Below are positions 12,700-25,457 of a DNA stretch of 42,773 bases, piece by piece. Positions within the stretch are counted from its first letter, which is position 1. Each line of letters starts with the position of its first letter. The position numbers and the translations under genes were made by a program. The notes beneath the pieces are model-generated. The model was not told the origin of the DNA and ran no database searches. It saw only the letters and a list, made by a program, of their open reading frames with translations. The DNA comes from Octopus sinensis (taxonomy: Eukaryota): NCBI RefSeq assembly GCF_006345805.1, contig NW_021835051.1, positions 1 to 42,773 on the forward strand, read 5' to 3'.

Positions 12700-13600
12700 A
12701 TGAAAATAACAAGTAAAGAGTTTGTTATAGGCATGTATAAGATAAAATCTTATATAAAACAGTACAAACAATTAGAAAAAGAAACCTATACCATAAGTTC
12801 GAATGGGTGACACGCCTAAAACAAACCACCATAGCAATAAGGAAAGCAAGAATATCATCATTTGGATTATAATTCCTTTTGCTAAGCATTGAAAGTCAGA
12901 TATATTAGATCCATTATTAAATAAAATAAAATAAAAAAACTCTAGATATGTTAATATATTCAATAACAAAATTATCAGATTTGGTTTTTCTGTAGCTCCC
13001 AACTTATTTAAGATTATTTCCACTTTTAACATGAGAAAATTAAACAATTTCTACAATGAAAAAACCCACTCTACTACACATACTAACCTCAATAATTCCA
13101 ATAACTCCATATCTATTAACAACGACTATCATAATCACATAACCCCAATTTCCCTTAATGCATATAGGCATTACAATAGACTTTCCAATATTAGTCCTAA
13201 TTGTAACTGTAGACACCCAAATACCTGTGGGATAAAAGGTAACTGTAAAAAGAAAAATGTAGTATACCAAGCTACTATTACAACCCATAATCTCTCTAAG
13301 TTTAATTATATAGGTTGTACACAGAACATATTTAAATTGAGCTTCAGTAACCATAAGTCACCTTTTAATGACCCTTGGAAGAAAAGAGTACCGGTCTATC
13401 AAAAATGGTTTGGCAATGAAAAGAGATAACAGATAACACAATTTCTTGGAAGATTATTTCTTTCTTCTGCCTCCTTCTTAGGATTAGCAATAGGACATGT
13501 ATTTTATGCCTAAAAGAATATTATAAAATCATGAAAATGAATAATTCTCTCATAAATTCGAGAGATGAGTGAGATTTTTCTTGTAAACATGTCTAAATTT
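12700..13600 (+). mobile_element. Penelope-like 3' fragment (GIY-YIG domain)
   Basis: CNCRHPNTCGIKGNCKKKNVVYQATI...YIGCTQNIFKLSFSNHKSPF; downstream ISWKII and C.LCLKE in shifted frames. Confidence 0.8.
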
Positions 13601-13739
13601 CTTTTTATTAACCTTAAATAGGTCTTTTTCTCCACAACCACTTTCTTCATATTGGTTTTTATTCTACTCATTACCTCTCCCTATTTCTTCATATAATACC
13701 CCCAATTTACATATCTACTACACACCACACACCATATAT

Positions 13740-13836
13740 TTATGTATATGAGTATATATCTATATATATATATATATATATATGTCCATGTAAATACGTG
13801 TTTGTGTATGTATATATATGTGTATGTGCGTGTACA

Positions 13837-13881
<45 letters not shown>

Positions 13882-14180
13882 TATACGCATATTTGTATAT
13901 ATATTGTATGTATGTGTGTATGTATGTGTGTATGCATGTGTATGTATGTATGTATGTAAGTGTCCATGCATATATGTGTATGTGTATATGTTATGTATGT
14001 GTATACGTGTGCATGTGTGTGTATGTATATATATATGAGTGTGTATATATGTATGTATATATGTATGTATATATATGTATATGTATGGGGGTATATATGT
14101 ATATATGTGTATATTTTGCATTTTATATCCATATGTGTATGCATGTTATACATATGTATGTGTGTATATATACATTTGTG

Positions 14181-14225
<45 letters not shown>

Positions 14226-14320
14226 TATATGTGTGTGTGTGTTGTATGTATATATTTGTGTATGTATGTATATGTATATATATATATATATATATATGAT
14301 ATATATATATTGATATATAT
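13740..14320. repeat. Compound (TA)n/(TG)n/(TATG)n microsatellite
   Basis: Direct inspection; duplicate at about 41532-42112. Confidence 0.95.
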
Positions 14321-14699
14321 TTTTACTATTATTTTTCATATACCTATGTGAGTATTTTTTTCCTGTACATACATCAATATATTTCTTGTGTGTAGTTCGT
14401 ATGTATGTTGACAATAAATTTTACAATAATCCATAAATTCAAAATAAGAGGTCGTGAATAAAAAGGAAAGAATAAACAAGTAAAAGTGAACAGAAAAGTA
14501 TATAAGATAACATATCTTTGTGTCTTCAGAGTCGTATATCTGTTGAAAGATAGTGTCTGCATTAAAGTCGTTTGGGTCGCTGTGACGGTACAACTTACCT
14601 GTTTAGTAACATCACACTGCTGTCTGTAGCCAAGAATTGTTGGAGATTTACGGCACCGATTAATTTAGTAACGGGCTGCTAGTGAAAATATTAACTATG

Positions 14700-14823
14700 T
14701 TTACCCATTTTGCCTTTCATCCTTTCGGGGGTCGATAAAAGAACTACAAATTGAACACTGGGGTCGATGTAATCGACTTACCCTCCTCCCAGAAAGTGCT
14801 GGCCTTGTGCCAAAATTTGAAAC

Positions 14824-14889
<66 letters not shown>

Positions 14890-15075
14890 CGTTACCGCGT
14901 CGAGCAAAATGCTTAGCGGAATTTCGTCTGTCTTGACGTTCTGAGTTCAAATTCCGCCAAGGTCAACCTTGCCTTTCATTCTTTCGGGGCCGATAAATTA
15001 AATGCCAGTGAAAGACTGCGGTCGATGTAATTGACTTGTCCTCTTCCCCAAAATTCAGGCCCTGTGCCTATATTA
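14700..15075 (+). mobile_element. Two tandem SINE copies separated by (TTA)n
   Basis: gagttcaaattcc B-box-like motif; ctttgcctttcatcctttcgggg core shared with 20997-21217 and 26713-26923. Confidence 0.75.
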
Positions 15076-15131
15076 TTATTATTATTAATATTATTGGGAT
15101 AAAATATACGAAGCCCAGTATACCCACCATG

Positions 15132-15423
15132 ACTACCCGCCTGATAAGGGTACACCAGGCACATGCATCACAAACATATGTGCGCGACATGGGTATCTCA
15201 TATCAAGATAGTCAGCGCATGATCTTGCAGGTGGGTCCCATCCCGCTCAAAAGGTCCTTGAAGAAAGGTTGTTTGAGGATGTTGAACGAAATACCCATGT
15301 TTCCAAAGAGGAATTATCCAAACCCCAAAGAATTCCTCTCAACACACAGCTATGGTGCTCCCCCACTACTTCTACAGTTATCATCATCATCGACATAATT
15401 ATCATAATAATAACAATAATAAT

Positions 15424-15464
<41 letters not shown>

Positions 15465-15494
15465 TAATAATAATAATAATAATAATTATTATTA

Positions 15495-15574
<80 letters not shown>

Positions 15575-15712
15575 TGAGAGAGTTGTGCATGCCATCAATG
15601 TGACTACTCGTCTGATAAGGGTAAACTAGGCACATGCATCACAATCATATGTGCGCGACATGGTAATCTCATATCAAGATAAACAGCACATGACCTTGCA
15701 GGTGAGGCCCAG
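15132..15712 (+). repeat. Two direct copies of a 110-bp interspersed repeat flanking (AAT)n/(TAT)n
   Basis: ctgataagggta...gcacatgcatcaca...gtgcgcgacatgg...ttgcaggtg at 15132-15240 and 15603-15712. Confidence 0.8.
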
Positions 15713-15820
15713 TTAGAATTTTCTTCTGGTCGAGTAAACCATCCCACTTTTTTCTATACTTCTCATATTAATCTTTTCATCATTTGAGACTGTATGGTCA
15801 ATCATCTGACACTTTCTTAT

Positions 15821-15874
<54 letters not shown>

Positions 15875-15916
15875 ATACTACTACTACCACCACCACCACC
15901 ACCACCACCACCACCA
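15380..15916. repeat. Trinucleotide arrays (AAT)n, (TAT)n, (TAC)n, (CAC)n
   Basis: Arrays at 15380-15570 and 15823-15916. Confidence 0.9.
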
Positions 15917-15917
15917 A

Positions 15918-17570
15918 ATCAGGCCTTCTAGCTTCTATTACTCTGTCAGTCTGAGTGTTAAAGTCCCAAAACATCTTATATTTCTTACTTTCTAGTACTT
16001 TACTAGGTTCGTGTTCCTACCATTTATCACTCATGTTCAAATCCTGGCTTTCTACATAGTTCCCAGTGGATTACTCTCCCTAGGTTGTCATGTCTTTTTT
16101 TGTATTCTTCTATGCTGGCATCCTAAATTTACTTACTATACGAGTAACGCTTTCCTCTTTGGATTTGCATAACCTACTCTGGGAACCTACTTGGTTTTGT
16201 CTATCTTGGCTTTTATCCAATTAGTCCTTAATTCTTGGTATTGTGCAGCTACTAAAAAACTTTCTGTCTCCCTCTTCAGCTTTACTTTCTGCAGCCTTAA
16301 CCATGTCTCACTGCTACTATTTGCTGAAATTATATAATTTCTGTTCTTTTTTCTGGTTTTTAAGTTCGTTTGGGTTTTTGGTTTCCCTATGTCTTGCAGC
16401 TTTTAATAAACTTTTTCCACTATTACCTACATAGAAATATATATCTACTCTAGCTAACTCTACGTAATCTTCTACTGATATTAGTCCTCTTCTACCTTCC
16501 TTTCTACGTAGGTGTAATCTTGCTACTCCTATCTCTGGGTGGAGTCCACCATTCATATTGAATTTCTATCCTAGTCCTTCTGTCTAACTTTGCTTATTCA
16601 GTTTTTGTCCAATTTACAAAGGCTGCTGAGTATCCAAGTAATGATACTGCCCAAGTATTTACAGCCTTCACTAGATTCAGACCATTTAGCTTTGACTTCT
16701 TTAGCTTCCTCACCCTTCTAATGTCCTCCTTCTCAATTTTCGTTTTCATTTCTAAAGTTAGTACTCTGTCAGATTCTAATACTTCTAGATGCTTAGAACT
16801 CTCTCCTCCTTTCAATGATTTTAATATCTGGCCATCCTGTAATTGGATGCCTTCGCCGTTGACTACCTGTCCCCTTCTCATTTATCTATGCCAAATTCCA
16901 TGCCTATATCATTGCTGAAGAATCTTACAGTAAGTATTAAGGAATGTATCTCTTTTTCATTCTAACTAAAATGCTTCAGATCCTCCATGTAGAGCAAATG
17001 GTTAATTTTTCCACTACTATTTCTGAACTGATACCCTGCTTTTGTCATCCTTAATACAAAACTGAGGGGTGGGGATCAAACGTAAGACAAATATTATAGA
17101 GGAACACATAATAGATCATGTGTTCCTCTAGGCTTCTTCCTACAACATTTCTGTTCTTCTGGCAGTAAATTCTGGTTGTCAATGCTTTCTATAAGTATTC
17201 CTGTTAACTGTTTTCGCACTAATGCTAAGCAAGTGAGTGGGCAATAGTTGCTAACTGCATTGCCCTTGCTCTTATCTTTCATGATAAGTATTTTCGTCCT
17301 TTTAGTCATCCAATCTGATATTATTTCTCCATTAAGGTAATCCTGAAATTATTCCCTCAGCCGCCCATAAAAACTATTGAATTTCTTCAGTCAGTACCAA
17401 ATCATTCTTTGACTAAGTATCTTTTCTCGAGGGAAGATTTGCATCTTGTGTTTCGTAACTTGTTTAGTTTTCAGGCTCCTCTTCTACCCAGATCTTGTTT
17501 TAAAGTCTTCACTTTATTTTGTAGTCTCCTTTTCCACATTTGCACTTTTTAAATTTTTCTCCGTGAGATC
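15918..17570 (-). mobile_element. R4/Dong-like non-LTR retrotransposon, decayed
   Basis: NYCPLTCL, LLPEEQK, KSKLNGLNLVKAVNTWAV, LHPEIGVARLHLRRKEGRRGL, then HDNLGRVIHWELC and FWDFNTQTDRVIEARRPDL. Confidence 0.8.
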
Positions 17571-17589
17571 ACTGATCTTCTGTGGACAA

Positions 17590-18414
17590 TAACTATCCTA
17601 CATAAACCAGTAAATTAATGTACTTCTCAAGATTTTTACTCAATGTCCCCAGGGCTCAGACAACTATTGGTACTATTACGACTTTTTTCAGTGACCACAA
17701 CTGCTTAGCCTCCCAAGCTAACCAGTCATATCTGTCGACTTTTCTTTCTTCCTGACCGCATACCTGGTTGTCAGCTTTATCTTCAACAGTCCTATGAAAT
17801 TGTCCTTGCATTATTGTCTTTATCAATCTATTTTCAGTGTCATTCGTTTCCAATTTCTTGTATAGTGCTTTAGCTTTGCAAACTTTCATCCTACACAAGA
17901 CTGACCTCCTTACTTCTAATAAATAATAACAGTTCTGTGACATTTTTTACATCCCATGCTATGTTGTTTTCTTCTGCTCTAATGCTGTATTCGCATCCAA
18001 TAAGTCCTCTTACCACTCTTTTTCTTTGTACATACAGTCTGTCTGTGTTACTTTTTGGGTGGAGTGACCCATATCTAGTTAACATCTTCCTTGTCTTTCT
18101 GTCTAGGATGTTTAGTTCGTCTACTGTCCATACTATTACCCCTGCTCCATATCTAAGGAGTGAAGCCGCCCAGGTGTTGATAGCCTCAATCTTATTCCGT
18201 CCGTTTAATTTCGACTTAAGGATCAGTCTCAGTCTGCGCAAGTATTCCACCTTAAATTTTTCTGCCATTTCTTTCTCCATCAATTTAGCCATTTCCAATA
18301 TCCCAAAGAACTTATAGCCCGTCTCTTCTATTTGCTTCATAACCTCCCCTGATGGTATCGCTAGCCCGTCCATACATTTCATTTTACCTCTCTTCAAGAC
18401 TAGCACACCACAAT
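17590..18414 (-). mobile_element. R4/Dong-like non-LTR retrotransposon, second copy
   Basis: CGVLVLKRGK, KSKLNGRNKIEAINTWA, LHPKSNTDRLYVQRK, GQFHR, VVIVPIVV*ALG. Confidence 0.82.
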
Positions 18415-19230
18415 TTTCTTCTTCTTCTTCTTCTTGTTCCTCCTCAACACAGCGTAGGTAAAAATGCACCACAACGAAATCAGACAGGTAATACTTTCCT
18501 TAAGATGTGCGCTGAGCCCAATAAGGCTGCTTTTTGCAAGACATCAATCTTGCATGCGATTTCCAGTTGCCTTCAGAAGACTTGAAGTTTCAATAGGATT
18601 GAGCCCAATGCTCCAATCATCACTGCTGGTATCATTTTACATTATCCTCTCGCATTCCATACAGTTTGCCATTTCCACTTCAATTCGGAGTATTTGATGA
18701 TTTTTTTTCAACCTTTTTATTCACATCATTCATGTAATTTGGCATGGCTGCATCAATGATCTGACAGTATTTGTCTCTCTTATTCAATATGACAATATCC
18801 AGCTGACGGTGTTCGATTACACGATCCGTCTGAAAACCATAGTCCCAGAATATCATTAATATTCCAGAGGACGAATTAGTATAGACCACTGTATAAGGAG
18901 TGGAAGGAGAACGCTTGCCAAGTATTTGATAAATAGTGACGAAGACCAGCTGCAATATGCCGCGAAAGATATAGGTGTCTTTGCAAATGAAGTGATGGGC
19001 AAGGAAGAGTTTAACCAAAGAGATGAGGAGAAGAGAAATGAAGACCTTCTTGAAATGAGAATGTGCGGACAGTTTGAAAGGAATACACAGGGCGTTAAGG
19101 ATAATACTGCATCGTAGACATGGCTTGAGCGAGGTGGTTTGAAGCGTACCACCGGAAGCTGGATCATTCCTGCCCAAGACCAGGCTCTCGCTACCAATTC
19201 AGTGAAGTATAATATCTATAAAATTTTTGA
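18415..19230 (-). mobile_element. R4/Dong-like element with inverted 5' segment (18860-19230 on + strand)
   Basis: Minus: IFWDYGFQTDRVIEHRQLDIV, IIDAAMP, IGALG, LQKAALLGSAHILRKVL, (GAA)n tail; plus: MCGQFER, WLERGGLK, AQDQALATN. Confidence 0.75.
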
Positions 19231-19269
19231 GTAAGTGGATGAGAAAGCCTTACACAAAAAGAATGCAAG

Positions 19270-19710
19270 CGCCGCCACGACATTTATTATCCTTAACGTC
19301 CTGTGTATTCCGTTCAAACTGTCCATGCATTTTCATTTCAAGGTTTTTTATTTTCTCGTCTTTGAATTTCAAGCAATTCATTATCTAGTTCGTTAATTTT
19401 CCCTGCATGTGCACCCACCACAGTATCAGGGTTCACTCTATAACGTTCCTGTTCCTCATCTTTAACCGCCCCATCACCATTTCCCTGTTCCTCCTGTCTA
19501 CTCTTTTCTCCGCTTTCAACTCCTACCTCTCTGTTTTCAACTCCGACCATCCTTTGTAGCCAATCCTCAGAGTCTCTCAGACTCTCACTAATCCGAGATA
19601 TTCCAACTCCAGTTAAGTAACCCATCCTCCTAATCTCTCTCACTTGGTTCATTAGTTTATTTGCTACTCCTATAAGGGTGGAAGCTATGCAGAAGCGATT
19701 GAGAGTGGGC
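19270..19710 (-). mobile_element. R4/Dong-like fragment
   Basis: LEMKMHGQFERNTQDVKDN; resembles the reverse complement of 19030-19115. Confidence 0.55.
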
Positions 19711-19764
19711 ACTGCTCCGGCCCATTACGTTCTGAATTCAAATTTTGATTTAAAATCGCGAAAG

Positions 19765-19915
19765 GAGTAAGTCGATTAAATTGACACCGGTGTTCAACTG
19801 GTAGTTATTTTATGGAACCCGAAAGAATGAAAGGAAAATCGGCCCCAGCGGCTTTTGAAATCAAAGTTCAAATATTGGCGTGTCAATTGGTGCCGCAGAA
19901 TGGTTGCAATCCAAG
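19765..19915 (-). mobile_element. Diverged SINE
   Basis: Reverse complement of the same cctttcattctttcggg core. Confidence 0.55.
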
Positions 19916-20016
19916 ACATATGTATATCTATTTGTCTGTTTGTCTGTCTATCTGTCTGTCTGTCTACATACATATGAGCACATGAATACATTAATTAAAG
20001 TAAATTAATGACTTAC

Positions 20017-20383
20017 CTTTGTTTCGGAATACTTTATCTAAAGCATAGAGTGAACTCCTTCCATTCAGATGTTGTCCTTTTTTTACTAGTCCTTCCAAAA
20101 TCGTTTCAGTTTTACATACAAACACGTAGTTATATGGACCAATTTTGAGTTTAAAAATATCGCCATATTGTTTTTTTAGCTCTTTCAACATTGAATAAAA
20201 ATCGGTAATGGAAAGAACCTGAAGTAGATTTCCAATTATTGGAAGAGCTCTAGGACCCGGTGGTAAATTGTAGTTAGATTTTGGTGGTGTCATAAACCAT
20301 CGTATAATCAGTAAAATGACTAATCCAAATAACAAACTTTGGACACTAACATTCTCTGTAAAAAGTAATGCTGAAAAATCCAT
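20017..20383 (-). CDS. CYP2-like cytochrome P450 gene A, coding exon 1
   Basis: ATG at 20383; MDFSALLF... hydrophobic anchor, PPGPRALPIIGNL, KQYGDIFKLKIG; ends AAG|gtaagt (phase 1); 367 nt. Confidence 0.95.
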
Positions 20384-20689
20384 AGTAGCGGTTATTGTTG
20401 CAATAATGTTGTCTTAAGTACAACTGATTATGTTTTTCTCAACCAAGGTTCTGAAACAAATGCCGTTAAACTCCAGAATGTAATTTTATACGTCTATTAA
20501 ATAGGTTATCTTTAGTAATGCATATATTATGTAATAGCTGTAAACAACCCGATAATAACCTTAAGTTAACTAACGCTTACGTTTGCATTACTGATAACAG
20601 CACATTATATGTATTTAATTAGATCGCTATAAAAAGATTGTATTGAATCCAAAACAATATTTTGTAACTTATTTGTTTTATTCGTCGAT

Positions 20690-21470
20690 TTACAACAAAA
20701 GCTGCCTAATTTTCGAAGTAGAATCCATTGTGTTGCAGCGTCTGAAGCCACTTTTCTGTCAGTTCTTCGATCGAACGCTGATACCAGTTCTTGTCCTTCG
20801 AGGTGAAGAACTTCACTGGGGCTTCCACCTCCTCTCTGTTGATGAAGCATCGCAAGCGCAGGAAGTAGGACCATGTATCAGACCAATAATAATCCGAGGG
20901 AGCTGAGTCCAGACTATATACTGGGCGTGGCACCAGTTCGATTCCCTCAAATTCCTGGAGTTTATTCTCGGTCGTTCGAGCGGTATGAGCTTTTGCTGGC
21001 AGAAACGTTAGCACGCCGGGCGAAATGCGTAGCCGTATTTCGTCTGCCGTTACGTTCTGAGTTCAAATTCCGCCGAGGTCGACTTTGCCTTTCATCCTTT
21101 CGAGGTCGATAAATTAAGTACCAGTTATGCACTGGTGTCGATGTAATCGATTTAATTCGTTTGTCTGTCCTTGTTTGTCCCCTCTGTGTTTAGCCCCTTG
21201 TGGGTAGTAAAGAAATAGGTATGAACTCTTGCGTTGTTTTACTGCAGATAAAATCGCTTTCTGTTAACCAATGCCAGGTATTTTTGCCGTACAATGGCAT
21301 ACACCTGTTCAAATTGTTCCGAGTACAGGTTGGCATCGATGGTTCGATCGTGTGGAACGAACACGCAGTGAATTATTCCCTCATAATTACACAAAACACT
21401 TGGCGACAGTTTCCAGAAACTAGCCCTTGCTTTACTACTGCCTGTGCACGTTAGGATGGTGGAAAAATAT
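20690..21470 (-). mobile_element. Mariner transposase remnant interrupted by a SINE
   Basis: NYEGIIH...TIDANLYSEQ, NARVH|TARTT, VYSLDSAPSDYY (YSPDLAPSD-like), FFTSKDKNWYQRSIEEL. Confidence 0.88.
20997..21217 (+). mobile_element. Near full-length SINE with target-site duplication
   Basis: Flanked by ggtatgagcttttgc (20982-20996) and ggtatgaactcttgc (21218-21232); B-box-like gagttcaaattcc. Confidence 0.88.
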
Positions 21471-21479
21471 CTCCCTTGG

Positions 21480-21640
21480 ATTATTACTTGTTCCGATCTA
21501 TGGATCACTTCCTGCGCTCGCGATGGAAGTTTCTGTGAAGGAGTTCTTTGCCTTGGCGGACAAGAACTACTATCAACCTGGGATCAAAGAAATGGCAGAA
21601 AGGTGACTCCAGACGGTGCAACACGATGGCAAAATATTGC
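21480..21640 (+). mobile_element. Mariner C-terminal fragment, opposite orientation
   Basis: FRSMDHFL...EFFALADKNYYQPGIKEMAER*LQTVQHDG in shifted frames. Confidence 0.6.
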
Positions 21641-22112
21641 AAAACTTTTGACTCAACACAATATTATCTCCATATTTCTCGTCTTGGAACTACACAAAAA
21701 TAAAACAAGATTATTATTGCCGGAGCTATACAACAACACTCTCACTAACTTACCGGTTATTAGTAGATTTGGTAGATCTAGTATCTAACCACGTATCGTG
21801 ATAGAATATACTTTGATCTCGTATTTTCAATGCGTCCGTATTAACCGCTTTGAATGAATCACTTCTTATTTGGTAACTGTGTACATGTTCTATTGGAACA
21901 GTATTATACAATGGTCAACTTTTGTGGACGTCTATGTGATTAAAGTCGCTCGAATGTTTAAAATACTTTACAGGTTCGACATGTTAAATTAGAAAAATGA
22001 GAGCGAATGGCAGTAAATATAGTTACATATCATTTACCAGGTTTGAGCCAAAAGTTTTTTCGTATTTTCATTATGATTTTTGGTTATTTGTACATAATTT
22101 GTACAAATAGCC

Positions 22113-22200
22113 AACAATCTATTTCTTTATTACCCACAAGGGGCTAAACACAGCGGGGACAAACAAGGACAGACAAACGGATTAAGTAGATTATATCGAC
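22113..22200 (-). mobile_element. SINE 3' fragment
   Basis: Reverse complement of the 3' part of 20997-21217. Confidence 0.7.
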
Positions 22201-23130
22201 ACCAGGTTGAGTCAAAAGCTCTTTTTCCGTATCTTCCCTGAATATTTTTGGTTATTTGTACATTATTTGTACAAATAGCCAAATTTAGTGTCAAAAGAAA
22301 TCAATGATGTGGAAATCCCAGGAAATGGCACAAAAGTGGTTCAGATGTGTCAAGGTAACTGTCATCAGCCTCGAAGACAAACCAAGGTCAGGGAGACATT
22401 CTGTTGCGAAAGATGAGGCCTTGCTTGAAAAGTTTGAACAATGGCCTAGCACTAGTATTCGTACATTGTCGGCAGAACTTGGTCCTTCAAAAGATAATCA
22501 ATCGTTGTTTCCGTAAGCTCGGCTTTGGGAACAAACATTGTCAACAAAATACTCATAAACTAGCCAACGACCAGGGCTCAGCGGCCGGAAAATCCTCGTG
22601 ATGCCCGTTTTTGTTTCCGAATTGTAACTGGGAATGAAAATGGATGTTTCCATAATACCAATAAGGAAAATAAGTGACTTGGTTCTGTCCAGACTTCAAA
22701 ACCTGTTGTCAAACAAGGGTCGTTTGAACAAAAGGTCATGTTGTGTGTCTGTGGGAAGTTGGAGGTGTTGTTGCACTTCGAGCGTGTCCCAGATGGTCAT
22801 ACTGTAAACATTAACCTTTATGCATAACAACTTCAGCGAGTATATAATACTTTGAGAGCCTGCAATTCGATATTGGTCAATCGAAGACGTGCATTCCTGC
22901 AGTATGACAATGCCCCTGCATACACTACCAATAGGACAAGCGCAAACTTGAGAAAGTTGAGGGGTTGGAAATGCTGCATCACCCTATCTACAGTCCAGAC
23001 CTTGCACCTTCAGATTACCCCTTTTCCGAGTCATGACTCATTTCTTGCATAGATGGTAGTTCAACAATGTGGATGAGGTTGGAAATTGGGTGTAGGGAGT
23101 TTTTAGCCTCTAAACTAGTCAAATGGTATA
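22200..23130 (+). mobile_element. Mariner transposase remnant
   Basis: QKWFR...LEDKPRSGR, RIVTGNE, LQYDNAPAY, HPIYSPDLAPSDY. Confidence 0.88.
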
Positions 23131-23319
23131 AGCCTCATTCTCGGGTAATGACGGATAGTTCGTCCCATATTAAGTTCAACATCACTGACGACTATCAGCT
23201 GTCGGTTTATTATCTTACTTTCTTAATATCACATGCAACGTAGGAACGAGCTAAATTTGACCTGATAGTACGACCTGTCTGAAGGTAACACTGACTAATC
23301 ACTATGATTATTAGATAGA

Positions 23320-23411
23320 ACGTTATCTATATCTGTAAAACTGTCCTTGGACGAAAATTACATGCACGTTATCTATATCTGTAAAACTGTCCTTTGACGA
23401 AAATTGTACGC
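23320..23411 (+). repeat. 46-bp tandem duplication
   Basis: acgttatctatatctgtaaaactgtcctt.gacgaaaatt twice. Confidence 0.9.
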
Positions 23412-25451
23412 ACATTTTGCTTTGACGGTTAATGGCGGCCAAACCGAGGCAAGGATCGAGCTGAAAATTGGCAGGGATACTAAATGAGGATGAGACCTGG
23501 GATGGTTAAAATTCGCAAGCTATAAATATGTGGTTGCTATAGCAAAAAGATTGATTTTTTTATCGATTCAAGGGGGCCCAGAGCCCCTCTAGGTTTGTGC
23601 GATTGGCTTTTAATGCCCAATGGCATGCACTGCAGGCTGTTGTCCTCAATAAACATACATCTTGTCGCGAAATTCCGGCAACTAGGAAACGATTTTTCAT
23701 TGTGAATAAACGAGTGCTTTTTACCCTCATTTTCTTTTTAATCTTTTTATAAAAGTGAAAAGATTTCGTCTAATTATTTCTGCAGTCCACTTACGATGGT
23801 GATTCAGTTGACTAGGAAAACTATAAGTGAAGAATATCCAATACCAAACTATCTTAATCTACATATTGAAACTGCATTAAACTTTAGCAAGCTTACCTTT
23901 ACCTATTCTGAGTTACTTGAACGGCGATGTTCCCTTCCCTCTCTTCTGATTATGGATACCTTTTTTTTTTACCTTTGATACCGTTGTTTCACTTTAAGGA
24001 TGCTTCTTTACCCAGCCATTATGATATTTCGACTGCTGTCCACTGTTTCAAATAGGCTTTAGCATTGTCATTATAGCCTTTTTTAAACACTCACATATGA
24101 TTCGTCCCAAAGAATCAACCTTTAAATAAGAGTTTTGCTTCCACTAGCGAAAGCTATACATGTCTTTCAGGAAGCCCCTTACCAATTTAACTTTATGCAG
24201 CATTCGCTGTTAGTTTATGTGCACGATATGTGGGAAGATAGAATAAAGGGGTTTTTTATTAGCTTATCTCTCCGAAAAAATAGCTCCCTTTGCTGTTGAA
24301 AAAAATAAACTCGCAGAGGGAAAGTTTCAACATCTTCAATTTCCTTACATCATTTATGTGGATGTTTCTGACAAGAAATTTCGCTTTCATGTAAAATATT
24401 TTGTAGTCATTATCCGTAATCTACTCCCAAAACACTTCAGTAGCTCTACTTTACATCGCTTGCAAACTTATATGTTCTAGGATAATCGAAGTGCAACGAC
24501 CTCCACAATAACCAGCCTTCAATTTGATTTTCCATTCCTAGGTTAATCGGAAGCAATTTGCCATGCTACACATAAACCTTCCCGGTAGTTCAATTATTTG
24601 GTGAAAAAATACCACGAAAGCATCTTAAACCGTTTAAAGGACAGGTGCGTTTGCTAGTTTACTATAAATTATAAATGTTTTATTGGGAATTACGAGACGG
24701 ATGTTCCATTATGGTATTATGGTGTTGTAAATAAATGTGGTTGGTGTATTTGGAAAATCAATAGACTAGGGCATAGCTAGTCAACAAAGGAACTTCTGTG
24801 TGGTTGGTCGACCTTCAAGAAATGACAGCTACAACTTCTGCAAGTCACTCAGATACTTCTTTTTCAGAAGAGGAAAGGCACTTTGGATAATGTCCTCCGA
24901 ATCACTCTGTCCAAAAAGCAAAGCAAAAGAAAACAATATCCAAAGCAGATGGGATAATTAAGACTTAAAAAGCTTTTAACCATAGGTCTGCTCGAACAGG
25001 CACAACCTTGAAGCAAACCAGAAACAAATCATATACTACCAGTTTAATGTAAGAAAGACGCGGGGGGAATGTAACCCCTGTGGCTTCCTGCTTCTTCGAT
25101 TAAATTGAAAGAAAAGGAGACAAACAATGGGCGCAGTGGGAAGAACTTGTATGATATGTTTGTTGTATCACAACTGATCTAAACATTGAATATTATCATC
25201 GTAATAATTTCATAATAGTTATTCATAGCTTATTTTCGTTGAATTGTACAAAGGAGTATACCGCAATTAGCAAAATAGAGAAAGCTCTACATCGAGGAAA
25301 TTACAATATCAAAGTTTTAAAGGAAAAGGTAAACATGACCACCACCATATTGCTCGAAGTTTTGTCTATTTCTAATCTCTATATATCACGATGCATACCT
25401 ACAGATAGTGCTCATGATATATCAGTCTAGGTATATAACCATGTGTGTCAA

Positions 25452-25457
25452 TTTAAT
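25452..25457 (-). promoter_or_regulatory. Candidate poly(A) signal for exon 8b
   Basis: ATTAAA on minus strand about 180 nt after the 8b stop. Confidence 0.25.

Noticed and set aside
23800-24650. Non-repetitive 850 nt with faint Mutator/hAT transposase-like words on minus
   Set aside because: Many stops in all frames I tried and no convincing motif; needs an HMM search
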